NCBI GenBank assembly: GCA_000708835.1
Contig: DF237386.1
Coordinates: forward strand, 13,614-77,613
From: Klebsormidium nitens
Lineage: Eukaryota; Plantae; Klebsormidiophyceae
Reading direction: 5' to 3'
Length of the DNA stretch: 64,000 nucleotides
In this document: one piece after another, positions 20,994 through 33,706 of the stretch
Numbering within the stretch: position 1 is the first letter of the stretch
How the letters are laid out: every line of letters begins with the position of its first letter
Made by a program: the position numbers and the translations under genes
The notes under the pieces: generated by a model
Told to the model about the DNA's origin: nothing
Database searches by the model: none
What the model saw: the letters and a program-made list of their open reading frames with translations, nothing else

Positions 20994-23900
20994 ATGGATA
21001 GGGGATATAGTGAGGAGGAGTGGCGGCTCATTGAAGACTCTGACACCGAAGTGGGGCCAGGTGAGGGAAACGCAAAGAAGTCCAAGTCCAGCAGGGAAGC
21101 TGGCGGCCCGGCTGGTTTTCAACGGGAGGCTTCTCAGAGCGGAAGAAGAACTAGTACAAGCGAAAGTAACAAGGAGACTGACGCTGATGTGCTAGCGGAG
21201 CTGGGAGTGACTTCTATTGCGGAGGCTGATGTCACCAAGCGGGTCATAGAAGACGTGGAGAGGGAGAGGGCAGAGACTGAGAAGCAGGTCCGAGGCGAGG
21301 AGAACAATGAGGAGGAGGGAGTCTCCGGTGGCGAGCTTGACAGACGAAGGATCAAGCAGCAGCTGTCTGTGCTGCGCAAGGAGATCGCGGCAGTCAGGGC
21401 AGGCTTGGAGGATGAGGCAGCTGAAGATGGTGTCAAGGTGGAAGCAGAGGACATTGGCACAGCCGGAGTTGACACTGCAGGCACAGAAGGTGATCATGCG
21501 CAGGAAGATGGGGCGCAAAAGCCATCTGCCACTCAGGGTGAGAGTGCTTGCTCCATTCTCTGTTGGCGGCTTCTTCCTTTTCGCTGCTTGGGCAACCGCC
21601 AATGGTTTTGGATTGTGTTCAGCTCTATTCGACCAGTTTGCAGACTAGCGGGCCCTACGTATGCTAAAGGATTTTCGGCGTTTTGGTTATCTCTTCTCCA
21701 GGGTGGTTGCCAGAAAAAAAAAGAACTGTCTGTAATCAAGTCAACGTTGCTGATTACTCGAAGTTCGCTCCTTCAGAAATTCTATTGGCGGTACGTTGTA
21801 CTCCCTTTATACTGTCTGCCGTGTTGCGTTGCAAAATTTCAAGATCTCAGCTTTCCTTTCCGGTGCCTTATTGACTTTTACTGGGTCATCCTTTCAAGAG
21901 CGCATCTTCAAGAAACCAACAATAGCCCTCTTGCGTTTCCAGCTCTTGTATGGATCTGAACGTGATTGACTTGAAGGCATCTTGGAGTTTTTAGTCTCGT
22001 TAAGTCTACTAGAACCTTGTGAACATGAAATTTGTGTCATTCTGAGGCCCCATGAACAATCAAAGATCTGTGAAATGAGTCTTACAAAGGTGTGATTACG
22101 CCAAGCGATGCTTTTCTGGGTCTGAAATGGTCGTCTGCGTTTTAAACAGATCCTCAAGCCGGAGTGTCCCTTCAAAGAGCCCTCGCTTCGCAGCGCCTGC
22201 AAGACCTGAAGGCCCAACGGCGCCAGCTGAGAGAACAGTTAGCTAAGCTAGAATCCTCCGACGCTGAGGGTCTAGAAGACACAGAAGCAACCAGATCCTC
22301 AGAAGGGAATGCTCGAAATCTTAGCGGAGAGAAGCGGAGAAACAGGGAGGGAGCACCAGGGATGGGGCTCAATGGGAGCGGTCTGGGGGAGAAGGAGGGG
22401 GGTGTCGAAGAAAGGGGGAAGAAGCGGGTGCGTTTTGAGGAAGGGCCGCGGAAGGAAGGCCCGGCGGCGAGTAGGCTGGGCGAAGCAACTGGGATGCTCG
22501 AAACGGTAGGTACAAGTGAGGGTACTTTCGTCCAGCAGGTTGCAGGCTTAGTGGGAGATTGGACTTTTGAGTTCCCCGCTTTCTCTCTTTTGAAGTCAGT
22601 ACCCAGTCTCATGACTGTTGAGTTGTCACAATGGTAAGTTCGTATTGTGGAGCTGGACGGTTATAAACATCTGGTCTCTTTGCAAGGTCGGTTGTCTTCC
22701 AGTCGATAAGTGGGACCTTTCCAGACGACGGTTGACTTCTCTCAGCTTTTGAGAGTCTGGACATCATGCTTGTTGGACATCTCTGTCTCGGTTCGGATTC
22801 TGATCTTCTCCGGATTCATGTATTGGGAAAGAACCTGCGAACTGCGAACTTGACTGGGACTGTCTGGTTGTTTTCCGAAAGAAGTGCTTGCATCCTTGAC
22901 AGGAACGGGACCGCCTGATTCGGACAGGCGTCCTGACGCCTTTCAGCAGCGTCCAAGGGTACGAGAAGAAGGTGACGTCATCCGCCCCGAAGGCGACGTC
23001 ATCAGCTCTCGAGCGGCGTCGGAATGGTTTTGTCGAAGACGATGATTTCGACACCGTTTTTGAGCCGCGGCCTTCTCAGAAACTGCTGACAGCACCGCGG
23101 CGAAGCGCGATCGAGGACTTTGGCGCGGGCGCGGAAGGTCTGGGAATCTCGGGCAGCTTAACCACTGGAGGGTTAAGGGGTTCGGACGGGGAGAATGGCA
23201 GCGAAGACGAGCGGCTACAACAGGCGATCGCACGCACTGCGGCGCAGAACGAGGCGATCTACAAGTCGAAGGGCGTGATCAAGGTTCTGACGGGCGGCGA
23301 CGTCCCAAAGCAAGAGCCGATCGCGCGGGACTTCCGGCGGAAAAACCAGAAGTACATACGACGCATTAGCGAGAAAGAGGAGGGCGTCGGCGGGAAGAAG
23401 TTCCGGCGGCGGCGGCCAGTTCCGGCGGCGCAGTTCCGGCTGAAGCGGGAATCGGGTTTGGAGGATTTGGGCGACGAGGGGGTTTCTGAGGAGGGGGATA
23501 TTGAGGGGGGCAGAAGGAAGAGACGGAGAAAACTGGCTAAGGTTAAGAAGGAAGAGGGCACGGATAAAGAGTGGAGTCCGGGGAGTGATGAGGAAGAGCT
23601 TTCGGACGAGGCCGGTGAGTCCCGCAGGGCTTTTTGACGACCTTCGGGCGTTTTGTATCGTCTGTAGTCTGCTGGTCGTGATATCTTTTGAAAACTCTCG
23701 TTTTCAACATCTCCGTTTGGCGTTGTCTCACCCCTATCGTGCGGAGCGCATGTGAAGGTCACTTACCTAAAAGGCGCCCGGAGTCTGATCTTGAAATATA
23801 CGATCTTTTTGAGCGTACAAGTCGCGATGCAGTCCCAAGGGTGGTGTCGTCGGACCGGTCGGATGGCATCTTGAAACTACGTATTGGGATCCGTTTCAGT

Positions 23901-26900
23901 GCTTATGGCGGATATTCTTATGTTTAATTCTCAAAGAAACTCGTGCTTTGAAACACTGGAACCAGCTTCCTTTTTGTGTGTTTGTGAACGAATTCTTCCA
24001 GCCGTTCTATTTCCTTTCTTTAGTTTGTTGAGAACGTACATTCTCAACATTTCCCTTTCAGACGCCGGCGCGCTCCTCCCCTTGGAAGAAGCCAAACCCG
24101 ACGTCGTCATCGAAGGGGGCCTGCGCATCCCGGGGGGCATCTACGACCGGTTGTTTGCGTATCAGCAAACGGGCGTGAAGTGGTTATGGGAGCTCCACTG
24201 CCAAAAAGCCGGGGGGATCATCGGGGATGAGATGGGCCTCGGGAAAACGGTGCAACTGGTCGCCTTTTTGGGAGCGCTACACTACTCGGGGCTGTACCAA
24301 CCGAGCATCGTCGTGTGCCCGGTGACTCTACTCCGGCAGTGGAAGCGGGAGGTGCAGGCGTGGTAAGTGTCAAGCTTGCGGAGTTGTTTCGCTCCGGTTG
24401 ATATCGCCGGGCGAACTTACTTCAGTCTAAACGAGTGTGCTCTTCCCGGTCATTCAGTCGTACTTCTTTAGAGCTTGATTGCCTTCTTAATGCTGCTTGT
24501 GCTTTTGGCTGAAGTACGCCTTTGTGAAAGTAATCCGGAGCAAGCCCGTTGGTCCATGCCTGCTCTGCATGACACTAGAACGAGGAGGTGAAAGGACTTA
24601 AGGTTCCGCGTGTCCGAAAACTGCTGGGCTCACAAGCTTTGCATCTCCGGTCCGCGTACAGCTTTGTACACTGCCTCTCTAGCAAAATTCTGTACCAGGT
24701 CTGTACTCCTCATGCCACGTGATCGATTGAAGCGTTCTCATTGGTCCGGAGGACCGGAGATGAGCGCTCAGCCATTTCGGTCGACGCGAAACCTTAGACC
24801 TATGACTGATGGCTTCTGTCGAATGCTGCCGCTGATGCTTCGGCGGGACATTTGTAACACTAGTGCTCTGTATGATCCAAGAGCCGCGGAAATGAGCTTA
24901 CCTGTGTTTGTAACCCGATTGCTTCTGGGAGCTGTGATCCCGGTTTGTCACCGCTTGACAGCTTCAAAGATTTCTGGAGTACCTTCTCCAAACAGAGTCC
25001 TGCTCCTTGAAATGGCAATTGAATGCGATTCCGCAATCTCTACGTGGTGGTAGACCTGGCGCTCGATCACGTGGTCATCTCTTTAGTTTCCTTGCCTTTT
25101 TCTGCCGCATGTCCGGCAATCGTTTTTATCCCCACCATCCGCCCAGGTATCCGCGATTCAAGGTCGCCATACTGCACGACTCCGCAACACCATCTGGTGG
25201 CGCTCCGAAAGATGAAGAGGATCCGCGGAGCAGCGACGACGAGAACGAGAGCGAGGAGGAAATCCAGACGGCGAAGTCCAAGGCTGGAAAGAGCCACAGG
25301 TAATGGTTCGCAAGTCCTTTGACGCATTGAATAATAGCCGATGGCGGATTTGAGTCAAATCTTTCGTCGGCTAAAACCGTGTGGTCATTGATGACGAACT
25401 TTACCCGCCTCTTCTTGTCTGATTGTCAAACTAAACCCACACCTTCCTCTTGGGCACCCACGCTACCGTACCAACACGCCGGTTGGGCAGATTTTTGCCC
25501 AATAATCAATTACGTACGTTCTGAAAATTGGGCAACTCATTTTGGAATTTTTGGAAAATTTGAAATTTTTAAAATATATGCAGAAAACCATTTTTTCACC
25601 AGCCAAAAAACGTCAAAGATCAAATATTGGAATTTTGGTTCATTTGAAATGTTTGGGCAGAAAAAATATAATGGTATTGAATGTATTGAATTTTTTTGGG
25701 CAAAATTAAAAATAATTAATTGATGCCCAAACGGCGTGTTGGTACGAGTACTTGAGTAGCATCCCTTTCAAATGAAGGACAATCCGCAAGCTGTTCTATT
25801 ACACACGCCATGCCTTTCGGGCCGGTTGCACCGGCAACAAAACAGAAGAAGCTAGCTTAAGAAAGGAAGATATGAAACAGAGAAACCTCGCCTTTCGCAG
25901 ATGGGACGCTCTAATTGCTGCCACGGTGAACCGCCCCGACGGGCTGCTGCTGACGTCATACGAGCAGCTGCGGATCCAGCGGGAAAAGCTGCTGGACATC
26001 CCCTGGGGATACGCTATCCTGGACGAGGGCCATAGGATACGGAACCCGGACGCCGACATCACGCTGGTATGCAAGCAGGTGAGGGAGCGGGTGAAAGCTG
26101 ACGTCGTGGTCGTTTGTTTGTGGCAGGTGCTCATTGCTTCTCGAAGTTCCCTAAAAAACATAGCAGCAGAGAACGGCGAGTGATCCATTTACAACACTGT
26201 CTTTTTGGAGCACAACAACCCTTCTTTCATCGTCCTTCAGTTCAACTTCTGCCAGCTACAACCTGTGCAACTTGTGACGAATCCACTATTCGTGGGGATA
26301 GGCTTTTGGAATGCTCCATCTGGAAGCTGCAATCTCACAGGATCTTGAGAGGCTACGATGGACTTTTGGAGCTTGGGCGTCTTCTTGTCCTCTGCTCGAA
26401 GTTGATCAGTATGTGTCTCCTTCTGGTTGACGTCAATACGACTCTTTCGATCCGCGTTCTGCAGGTGCACAGATTCATGGGATTTTTATGTCCGACTCCG
26501 TATGTCACTACCACAGGAGGTCGCAAAACAATGTACTTCTGGTGGTGGAATTGTCAACTCCCAAAACGTTTCAGCGGCAACTGACATCAAACCTCCAAAG
26601 ACCTGTTCTTGCAGCTGCAAACGGTACACCGTATCGTCATGTCCGGCGCTCCCATCCAGAACAAGCTGCCACAGTCCGCTTTCCAACATCGCAAGTCAAA
26701 GGCAACACGTGATCATCAAAATCAGAAATTCATGACATCCATAAGCCTTCCAGCGAAAACCTGACATTCTCAAAATTCTGTTTTGCAGCTGCAAACGGTA
26801 CATCGGATCGTCATGTCCGGCGCTCCCATCCAGAACAAGCTGACGGAGCTCTGGTCGCTCTTCGACTTCGTCTTCCCCGGAAAGCTGGGCACACTGCCCG

Positions 26901-29900
26901 TCTTCCAGTCGCAGTTTGCGCTGCCGATCGCGATTGGCGGGTACGCCAACGCGAGCCAGCTTCAGGTAAGATTTTTTCCTGATTTCATAAGTGGAGTCTT
27001 TGTTATGATTCCAAATTCTAGGTTAAACACTTCTGCTGGTTCGTATTCAAGAGGCAGGATACTACTACGCAGTTTCTCCCGCCGGTTGCATTTGGCGGGT
27101 GTGCCGTGCAACACGCTATAGATAGGTCCTGTTTTCACCAGTTTGCATTTGATGATGCTCGAGAAACAGTCCGTGCTGAAAGCCAGTTTTTGGACGGATC
27201 AAAAAGCCGTTGTTTTAAAGAGGAAAGGAAGAGACCACGGTAGAGAGCATGGATTCTTGCGGTGGCCCACAAAGCGGCTAGGTCGTTCGGCATGTAATTC
27301 TCCAATCGTGTGTTCAGGACTGGTTTTTATACTGCAGATTTCGAGGATCCATGCACTGGAGTTGGGTCTTTTGGTCGCAAAAGGCAACCTTCTTGACCAG
27401 TAATTCCAAGGCGCAGCTTTTTTGGCTCCTGTAATTGTTTGCTAACATTCCGCGCATTGAAACACCCACATGAGGTTCCATATGTCAGTTTTATGACGCT
27501 TTTTCCAGTATTATTGATGTAGTCCATCTTTTTGTTGGGGGGAAAGCGGAGATACCTAAATTAGATTCAATATTAAGGTAATTACAGAACCCGAATATCC
27601 GTTCCGCGTATGCTTTAACAGGCAATGATAAGTTACTCGTCACTGGTGCAGGCGAGCACGGCTTACAAGTGCGCAGTGGTTCTCCGCGACCTGATCATGC
27701 CGTACCTGCTGCGGCGCATGAAGGCCGACGTAGAAGCGCAACTTCCGAAGAAGACGGAACAGGTAAGGACATTTGGCAAGGTCGTAATTCAACTCCATCA
27801 AGCGTCCCTGGAGAAGCCAATCAAAACGTAGAAAACATGCACACGGTTTGCGTACTGCCAAGCTCTTTATCGGCTTTGATGTCAAGATACCTTTGACAGT
27901 CAACGGCTATCACTTCTAACGCTCGGAGCGAGAGTAGAAAGGATTTGCAAGAGCGATTGCACGACGTCACATGGATGCGAGGGTGCTCCATTTCTGTGAA
28001 ATGGATTCTTTTGGTGAGGGCAGATCAAGGTGTCTTCACATGACACCTTCACAATCTGCCTGGTTTTTATTGGGACGATGCTGAGCGCTTATTTTGGGCA
28101 ATCGCAACGCATTGGCTTCCCCTTTCAGCGACGCTTGCCCTCAAGTTACGGCTAAGTGATGTGATTGGCTAACTGTTCCCAAGTATTAACTCCTCCAACA
28201 TTGACATGTATTACCACGTGCTCTTTTCCAGCGTCGTATGAGGTCTAGGGAATGCTCTGAGAGGATCGGGACGCGGTACTTCCAGCCTGATGACGTCAAA
28301 CAGTCATGTCGTGCTGGCGTCGGCTGTTGTAAATTCTGGTAGGTCCTTTTCGTCTCGCTTACGGAAGAACAACGACGGGTCTACCGCCCTTCCTGGCGTC
28401 GAACGAGGTCGAGGCGATTATCGCTGGAATCCGGGATGCACCTCTGAACTTGTGGATGCTGACGTCACCTCCTGCACTTGTACCAGGTTCTCTTCGTCTC
28501 GCTGACGGAAGAACAACGGCGTGTCTACCGCTCCTTTCTGGCGTCGAACGAGGTCGAGGCAATCATTGCTGGGGACCGAAATGCGCTGTACGGAATTGAC
28601 ATCATGCGCAAAATCTGCAACCATCCCGACTTGTTGGAAAGGGATGAGATGGCGGCGCATGAGGACTACGGGAACCCGGAGCGGAGCGGCAAGCTGAAAG
28701 TTGTTTCAAAGGTATGGGTCAATTCTTCAGAACTTGAGAGTCAAGAGGGGAAGGCGGAACAAAGCAGCTTCCGCTTTGACATTGCCAGATTGTTGAAAGG
28801 AGCAAAGTGAAACGTGTGGTCAGGTACAAGTTTTGCAGGTTGTCTTCACATGCTTAGGTATTACAGCTTCTGCCAACCAGGTTGCTGATCCGAATGAGAA
28901 TTCAATGCCAATCCTCACTGTGTCTCCGTGCAACCCGGGCCTGTAAAGGGCATTTAGTTCTGCTTCTCTTTTGCAGGCTCGCAATTGACAAGATTTCCGT
29001 CGCTGCTTACGTCATCACGTAAATCGTGTCAGCACCGGGTCTCCCCGTAACACTCTCGAAAAGTCGCAGTGCTGTCGCACGTTCCTCCTCTTCCAGAAAT
29101 AGAACATGCTGAACCCTGTACATTACATCCGCCGACGTCAGTGCTAAGCTGACTTCGTCACCGTGTCCCACTGCAGATTCTGCCCCTCTGGAAGGCGCAG
29201 GGTCACCGCGTTCTTCTCTTCTGCCAGACGCAGCAGATGCTCGACATCATTGAGAACTTCGTGGTCAATGTGCCGTTTGTGTATCGGCGGATGGACGGCA
29301 ACACGCCCATCAACCAGCGCATGGCGATCATTGACGAGTTCAACAACTCGGATGCCGTCTTCATCCTTATTCTGACCACTAAGGTGAGGATTTTAGGTTC
29401 GGATTCAGGATTTGATCTGGTTTTTAGCCTCGGTTTAGCTTTGGCCGAACACGCTGAAGTAGCGCTTGTCGAATATCGACAGTTCAACAAACCGGATGCG
29501 GTCTTCATCCCTATTTTGACCACTAATGTGAGGGGTTTTTCACATCAACAATTGGGTTTGATTCTCCGTTCTCTTTGTCACATGCTGAACTGCGGATTGT
29601 CGACAACTCGTGTGATTTTCTTAGTGGCTGTGGCTAACAAGGCCGGGAAAATCATCGATCCCATGCAAACAGACATTGCGCTTGTCTTGATGCTCTTCTT
29701 TGACCTTCCCAGTCAGAGCATTGGAATGGCTGATGAGAATAGTCCAGATAGAGGACCTATTTGACAGCTTGGAAGCAACCATTCCCTCTCTTTTGGTTCT
29801 GCGATTGACAAAATGCTGCTTTAGGATCACCCGCATTCTGCCTTCTATTGTAAGTAAACTTGGTTGATTCCTGGCAGTAGGCAGTAACTTCGACCTCCTG

Positions 29901-31444
29901 AATCTATATGTTCTTTCTTGGCAGTGCGTTGATCATGCGCGTGAGTTTTTACCGTTTCTTTTCTCCAGGTCGGTGGGTTAGGCACTAACTTGATTGGCGC
30001 CAACCGGGTTATCATCTTCGACCCCGACTGGAACCCGTCCACGGACATGCAAGCCCGCGAGCGCGCGTGGCGCATTGGCCAGAAGCGTGACGTCACCGTC
30101 TACCGGCTCATAACCAGCGGGACGATTGAAGAGAAGGTTTACCACCGTCAGATCTACAAGCACTTCCTGACAAACAAGATTCTGAGGGATCCCCGGCAGC
30201 GGCGCTTCTTCAAGGCCAAAGACTTGACGGATTTGTTCATGTTGGGGGACGAAGATTCCGGCAGGGGGACGGAAACGAGTGAGATTTTTGGGGGAGGGGA
30301 AGAGCGGGCCGAGCGCGGGCCGAATGTGAGGGCGCGACTATTGAACGGGATGAGGAAGGCTAGAGCTTCCGGCGCTGTGGGTAGCGACGAAGAGAACGGG
30401 AGGTTAGCTTTAGAGGGGCCCAGCCGGAAGGGGAAGGAGAAAGTGTCGGACGACGAGGAAGGTTTAGAGGGGCTCTACAGGGAGGACGCAGTCGACGAGA
30501 AGCCTAAAGCTTCCGGGGAAGAAACCGGGCTTCTGAAGAGTCTTTTCGAGAGCACCGGGGTGCATTCGACGATGGACCATGATCAGATAGTTGGGGCGAA
30601 CGATCCGGAAAACGTTATCGTGGATTACGAGGCGAATCGCGTCGCTAGACGGGCCGCGGAGGCTCTGAAGCAGAGCCGAGCCGCACGTGCGAGTGCTGAC
30701 GTGGCAGTGCCCACGTGGACCGGGCGCTCGGGGGCGGCGGGCGCACCGGATGGGGTTAGGCGGCGGTTTGGGGCGACGGTTAACTCGCGGATTGTGCAGC
30801 AGACCCGGGTTAGCACGTCGCCGGAAGGGTCTGCAGGAACTGGAGGGTTAAGTGGCGGGTTAACTAGACCCGGAGGCCTGGGCGGAGCTGGTCGGGGGGC
30901 GCTTAGCTCGAGCGCTCTGTTGGCGAGAGTAAGGGAAGGAAGGCTGGCGGCGGAAGAAACGCACACTGGGGCGGAGCCAAGCGGATCGGGGTTAGCGGGC
31001 GGGTTAAGGAGGTCCGCGAGCCCACTAGCGGGAGGGTTAAGGGCGTCGTCAAGGGAAAGCAGTCCCATGGTGCAAAGTCCAAGCAGTGCACTGAAGGGAG
31101 CCTCTAACGGGTTGAGTGTGAAGAGCGAACCGTCAACGAGCGGAAAAGAGGGGGTTGCGGCGGGTGGTATAGCCAACGGAAACAGAGGCGGAAGCAAAGC
31201 GAGCGGGAAACGGAAGGTGGGCGGAGGGTCTTTGCAGCCAGAGATTTTGATTCGGCAGATATGCACGTTCTTGCAAGAGAGGGGCGGAGAGGCTCCGTCG
31301 GCTGAGCTTGTGCAGCATTTCGCGGAGAGGGTGAGGGAAGAAGACATGGCGCTTTTCAGGCAGCTGCTGAAACAGATAGCGACTCTGAAGAAGAGCGAGA
31401 CGGGGGGTCCTTCGACTTGGGTGATCAAGCCAGAGTATCAATAA
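20994..31444 (+). CDS. CSB: CSB/ERCC6/RAD26 (plant CHR8) SNF2-family ATPase for transcription-coupled repair, ~1479 aa, 11 exons
   Basis: Exons 20994-21537, 22150-22505, 22903-23614, 24062-24362, 25147-25299, 25901-26078, 26789-26965, 27652-27762, 28487-28711, 29177-29383, 29969-31444 sum to 4440 nt in frame. Motifs: [96 protein letters not shown]-specific [16 protein letters not shown] and a C-terminal winged-helix-like domain are present. Confidence 0.96.
25466..25748. mobile_element. Non-autonomous DNA transposon (MITE), probably Tc1/mariner-type, in CSB intron 5
   Basis: 23 bp terminal inverted repeats CGTACCAACACGCCGGTTGGGCA (25467-25489) and TGCCCAAACGGCGTGTTGGTACG (25724-25746), one mismatch. 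TA lies just outside both ends (25464-65, 25749-50). The interior is markedly AT-rich compared with its surroundings and has no convincing coding capacity. Confidence 0.82.
26455..29540 (+). repeat. Exon-boundary echoes in three CSB introns
   Basis: GCAG|CTGCAAACGGTACA..G.ATCGTCATGTCCGGCGCTCCCATCCAGAACAAGCTG at 26615 (decayed copy at 26465; real 26789). AG|GT.CT.TTCGTCTCGCT.ACGGAAGAACAACG at 28343 (real 28487). TTCAACAA..CGGATGC.GTCTTCATCC.TATT.TGACCACTAA.GTGAGG with GT at 29528 (real 29384). Confidence 0.92.
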
Positions 31445-33084
31445 GGTTGAGCTTGCTGTTGGTACGAGAGTATCATTGTTATTGCACACGCTAAGACAAC
31501 GTGGACGAACAGCGTCAGAGGTGCTTGCACGCAGGTCAGAGTTGCCGAGTCGGGTCTCTACATCTGTACATGATTGAGATATTCCTGGTTTGAAACACGG
31601 GGCATGCAATGCTGTCTGTAACCTCCAACCGGCCAGCCGTGCGCCGTCACAGCAGGGGCGTTGGCGTACGGTCCAGTGATAGAATTATCACTTTGGGCCC
31701 AATTCGTGGCTGGCGGGCGGCCGCCACCTTGACTCATCAGGGCGTACTTTTTACATGCGCATACAGCAAGTGCGTCAATGTGGCATTAGTGCACGCTTGA
31801 GATAATTGAATGACACGTGGTCTCTGCGGCTCCCTAGCAGGTTCACGCGTGCGCGGATGCCGCTTTGCCTGATACAACATGTACGTCACATTTTGAACGA
31901 ACTTGTTACGTGCTTGGCCGTCGCAAATAACACAAGTAAGTTTACCAGTGCATGTACCGTGGTAGGCCGTTTTGAGTCCGTTTCGCACTTGATCGCGACC
32001 GGCTCCATTCTCGAGCTAGCTAGCAATTCAGGGCCGCGCTTTCCGTGTAAGGCTCATGCATTCAGTGATTCACTTAGACCCGACGTTAGTACAGCCGATT
32101 TTGGCAACGATCATATGAGCAAATTGTACGTACCGTCGCGGTCACGATATATAATTACCTCAGGGAAACTTGTAAGCTGTCACTGCATGAAGCTAGATCG
32201 AGACCGAAAAGCGCGTGAGGGACTAATTATGGACACATAGACTGAGCCGCGCTCCCACAGGCGGCTCATGTTCAATTAGCTGCACCGCGTGGATGCAGCT
32301 CCGTGCGAGAAAGCGGGCTCCAGTGTTTATCGATCTCAAGGACGAAATCAATAAGCACTTGCGCATGGTATAGAAAATACCGTTGTCATGCATGCAAAGC
32401 ACTCCCTAAGCACATAGCTGCAGTTGATTACTGTAGTATTTTTACTGTAGTATTTAGTATTTACTGTAGTATTTCTACTGGCGGCAGGGCGCCCAAGAAA
32501 CATACCCGCTACCCTTTCTGGCTCTTCTTGAGTTCAGAAGGAAGCTAGCAATGCTGAATGATTCCTCAAAGGATGTTTGGTAAGCAAGGTTCAAAGACGT
32601 GCAACAACTGCATGAACTGCATCTCAGAGTGCACAAAATCCTTTGACAAACGGATTTGCGGGGAAGAGGGGCCGTCTCAAAAAGAATGTATCGTCGAGAT
32701 CCATAAAGAAGGAACCTGGTGGCCTGGCAGATACACGGAAGGTTGACGGCAGGATCCACCCATACAAGCACGGCGAAATCTGCGCAGAGCGGACTGAATA
32801 TTGAAGAGAAGGAGGGGAAACATCAGTCGAGGAGGAGGATGCGCTGGGCGGGCGGATTCGAAGACTGTGATTAGCGCAAGTATACAGAGGGCGTCAATAG
32901 CTACCGTCAAGGCCTAAATGCAGCTTAACGACTTTACTTTCCGCTACGCGTTTCTTTGAGTATTACAGAACCTTCATTCGTGCTAGTCGATGTTTAGAAT
33001 CTAACAATCTACTCAACCTTGGTCTTTGAGCTCCGTTCTCTGACCTATTCAGCCGTAGTGTTTCGATGGCTCCGAAACATGGCT

Positions 33085-33590
33085 AACATGAAAGTGCAAG
33101 GACGAAAACTTTTTCATTGCCCTCACGTGTTTCAATCCTGCTTTGTCCAAACTCTGATGACGTTCTCTTCTGCCGGAGGGTGAGCTGTCGGTGGGGACGC
33201 TTTTGTGGCGAACTGCGTTGCAAACGGCGATCGCATAAGCTATGGCATGAGCTATGCGAAATTGAAGCCAGATGGGTCTGCTCGTGAACCAATGAGACAA
33301 GACGAGTGATCGGTGCATGCAAAGTCGAAGGCGACCCTCCCATTCGAAACGTACATCTTTGCCAAGAGTAGGCTTTTGTGAAGCACTAGAGAAGGCAGTA
33401 AAAATTCCGAATGTCGTTCGGATTCGGCACCGTCTCTAGTTTGGCAACAGAGAAGTACGTGCTTATACTTGGAAGCCAGCGCTGAAATGGACTCTTCGCT
33501 TCACGTTAGAAGAAAACAATGTAGACAACCTTTCTTCACAGGAGAACTATATAATGTAACGGGCCCGGTGCAATTGATCAAGTATTTGAC
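33085..33590. repeat. Dispersed degenerate repeat, copy A (homologue at 43250-43710)
   Basis: Shared blocks TGCCCTCACGTGT.TCAATCCTGC, CTGTCGGTGG..CGCTTTTGTGG, TAGGCTTTTGTGAAGCA and TTTGGCAAC.GAGAAG occur in the same order and orientation. Both copies contain stops and indels. Confidence 0.8.
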
Positions 33591-33706
33591 TAGTGACACC
33601 GGTCCCATCGCCTATCAGATTCTACAGATTTGGACAATATCTGAACCCCCTTTGAGCCGGAAAACAATCTGAGAGAGACAGAAGTCCTTACGAGCAACCA
33701 GTTGTG

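Noticed and set aside
30625-31428. 267 aa minus-strand ORF, and similar long antisense ORFs at 5709-6269, 21134-21602, 23259-23762, 54399-55893 and 19689-20138
   Set aside because: These are shadows of GC-rich real exons on the opposite strand, with low-complexity S/P/A translations and no motifs.
32429-32473. Three TACTGTAGTATT units
   Set aside because: Short AT-rich slippage repeat with no further structure.
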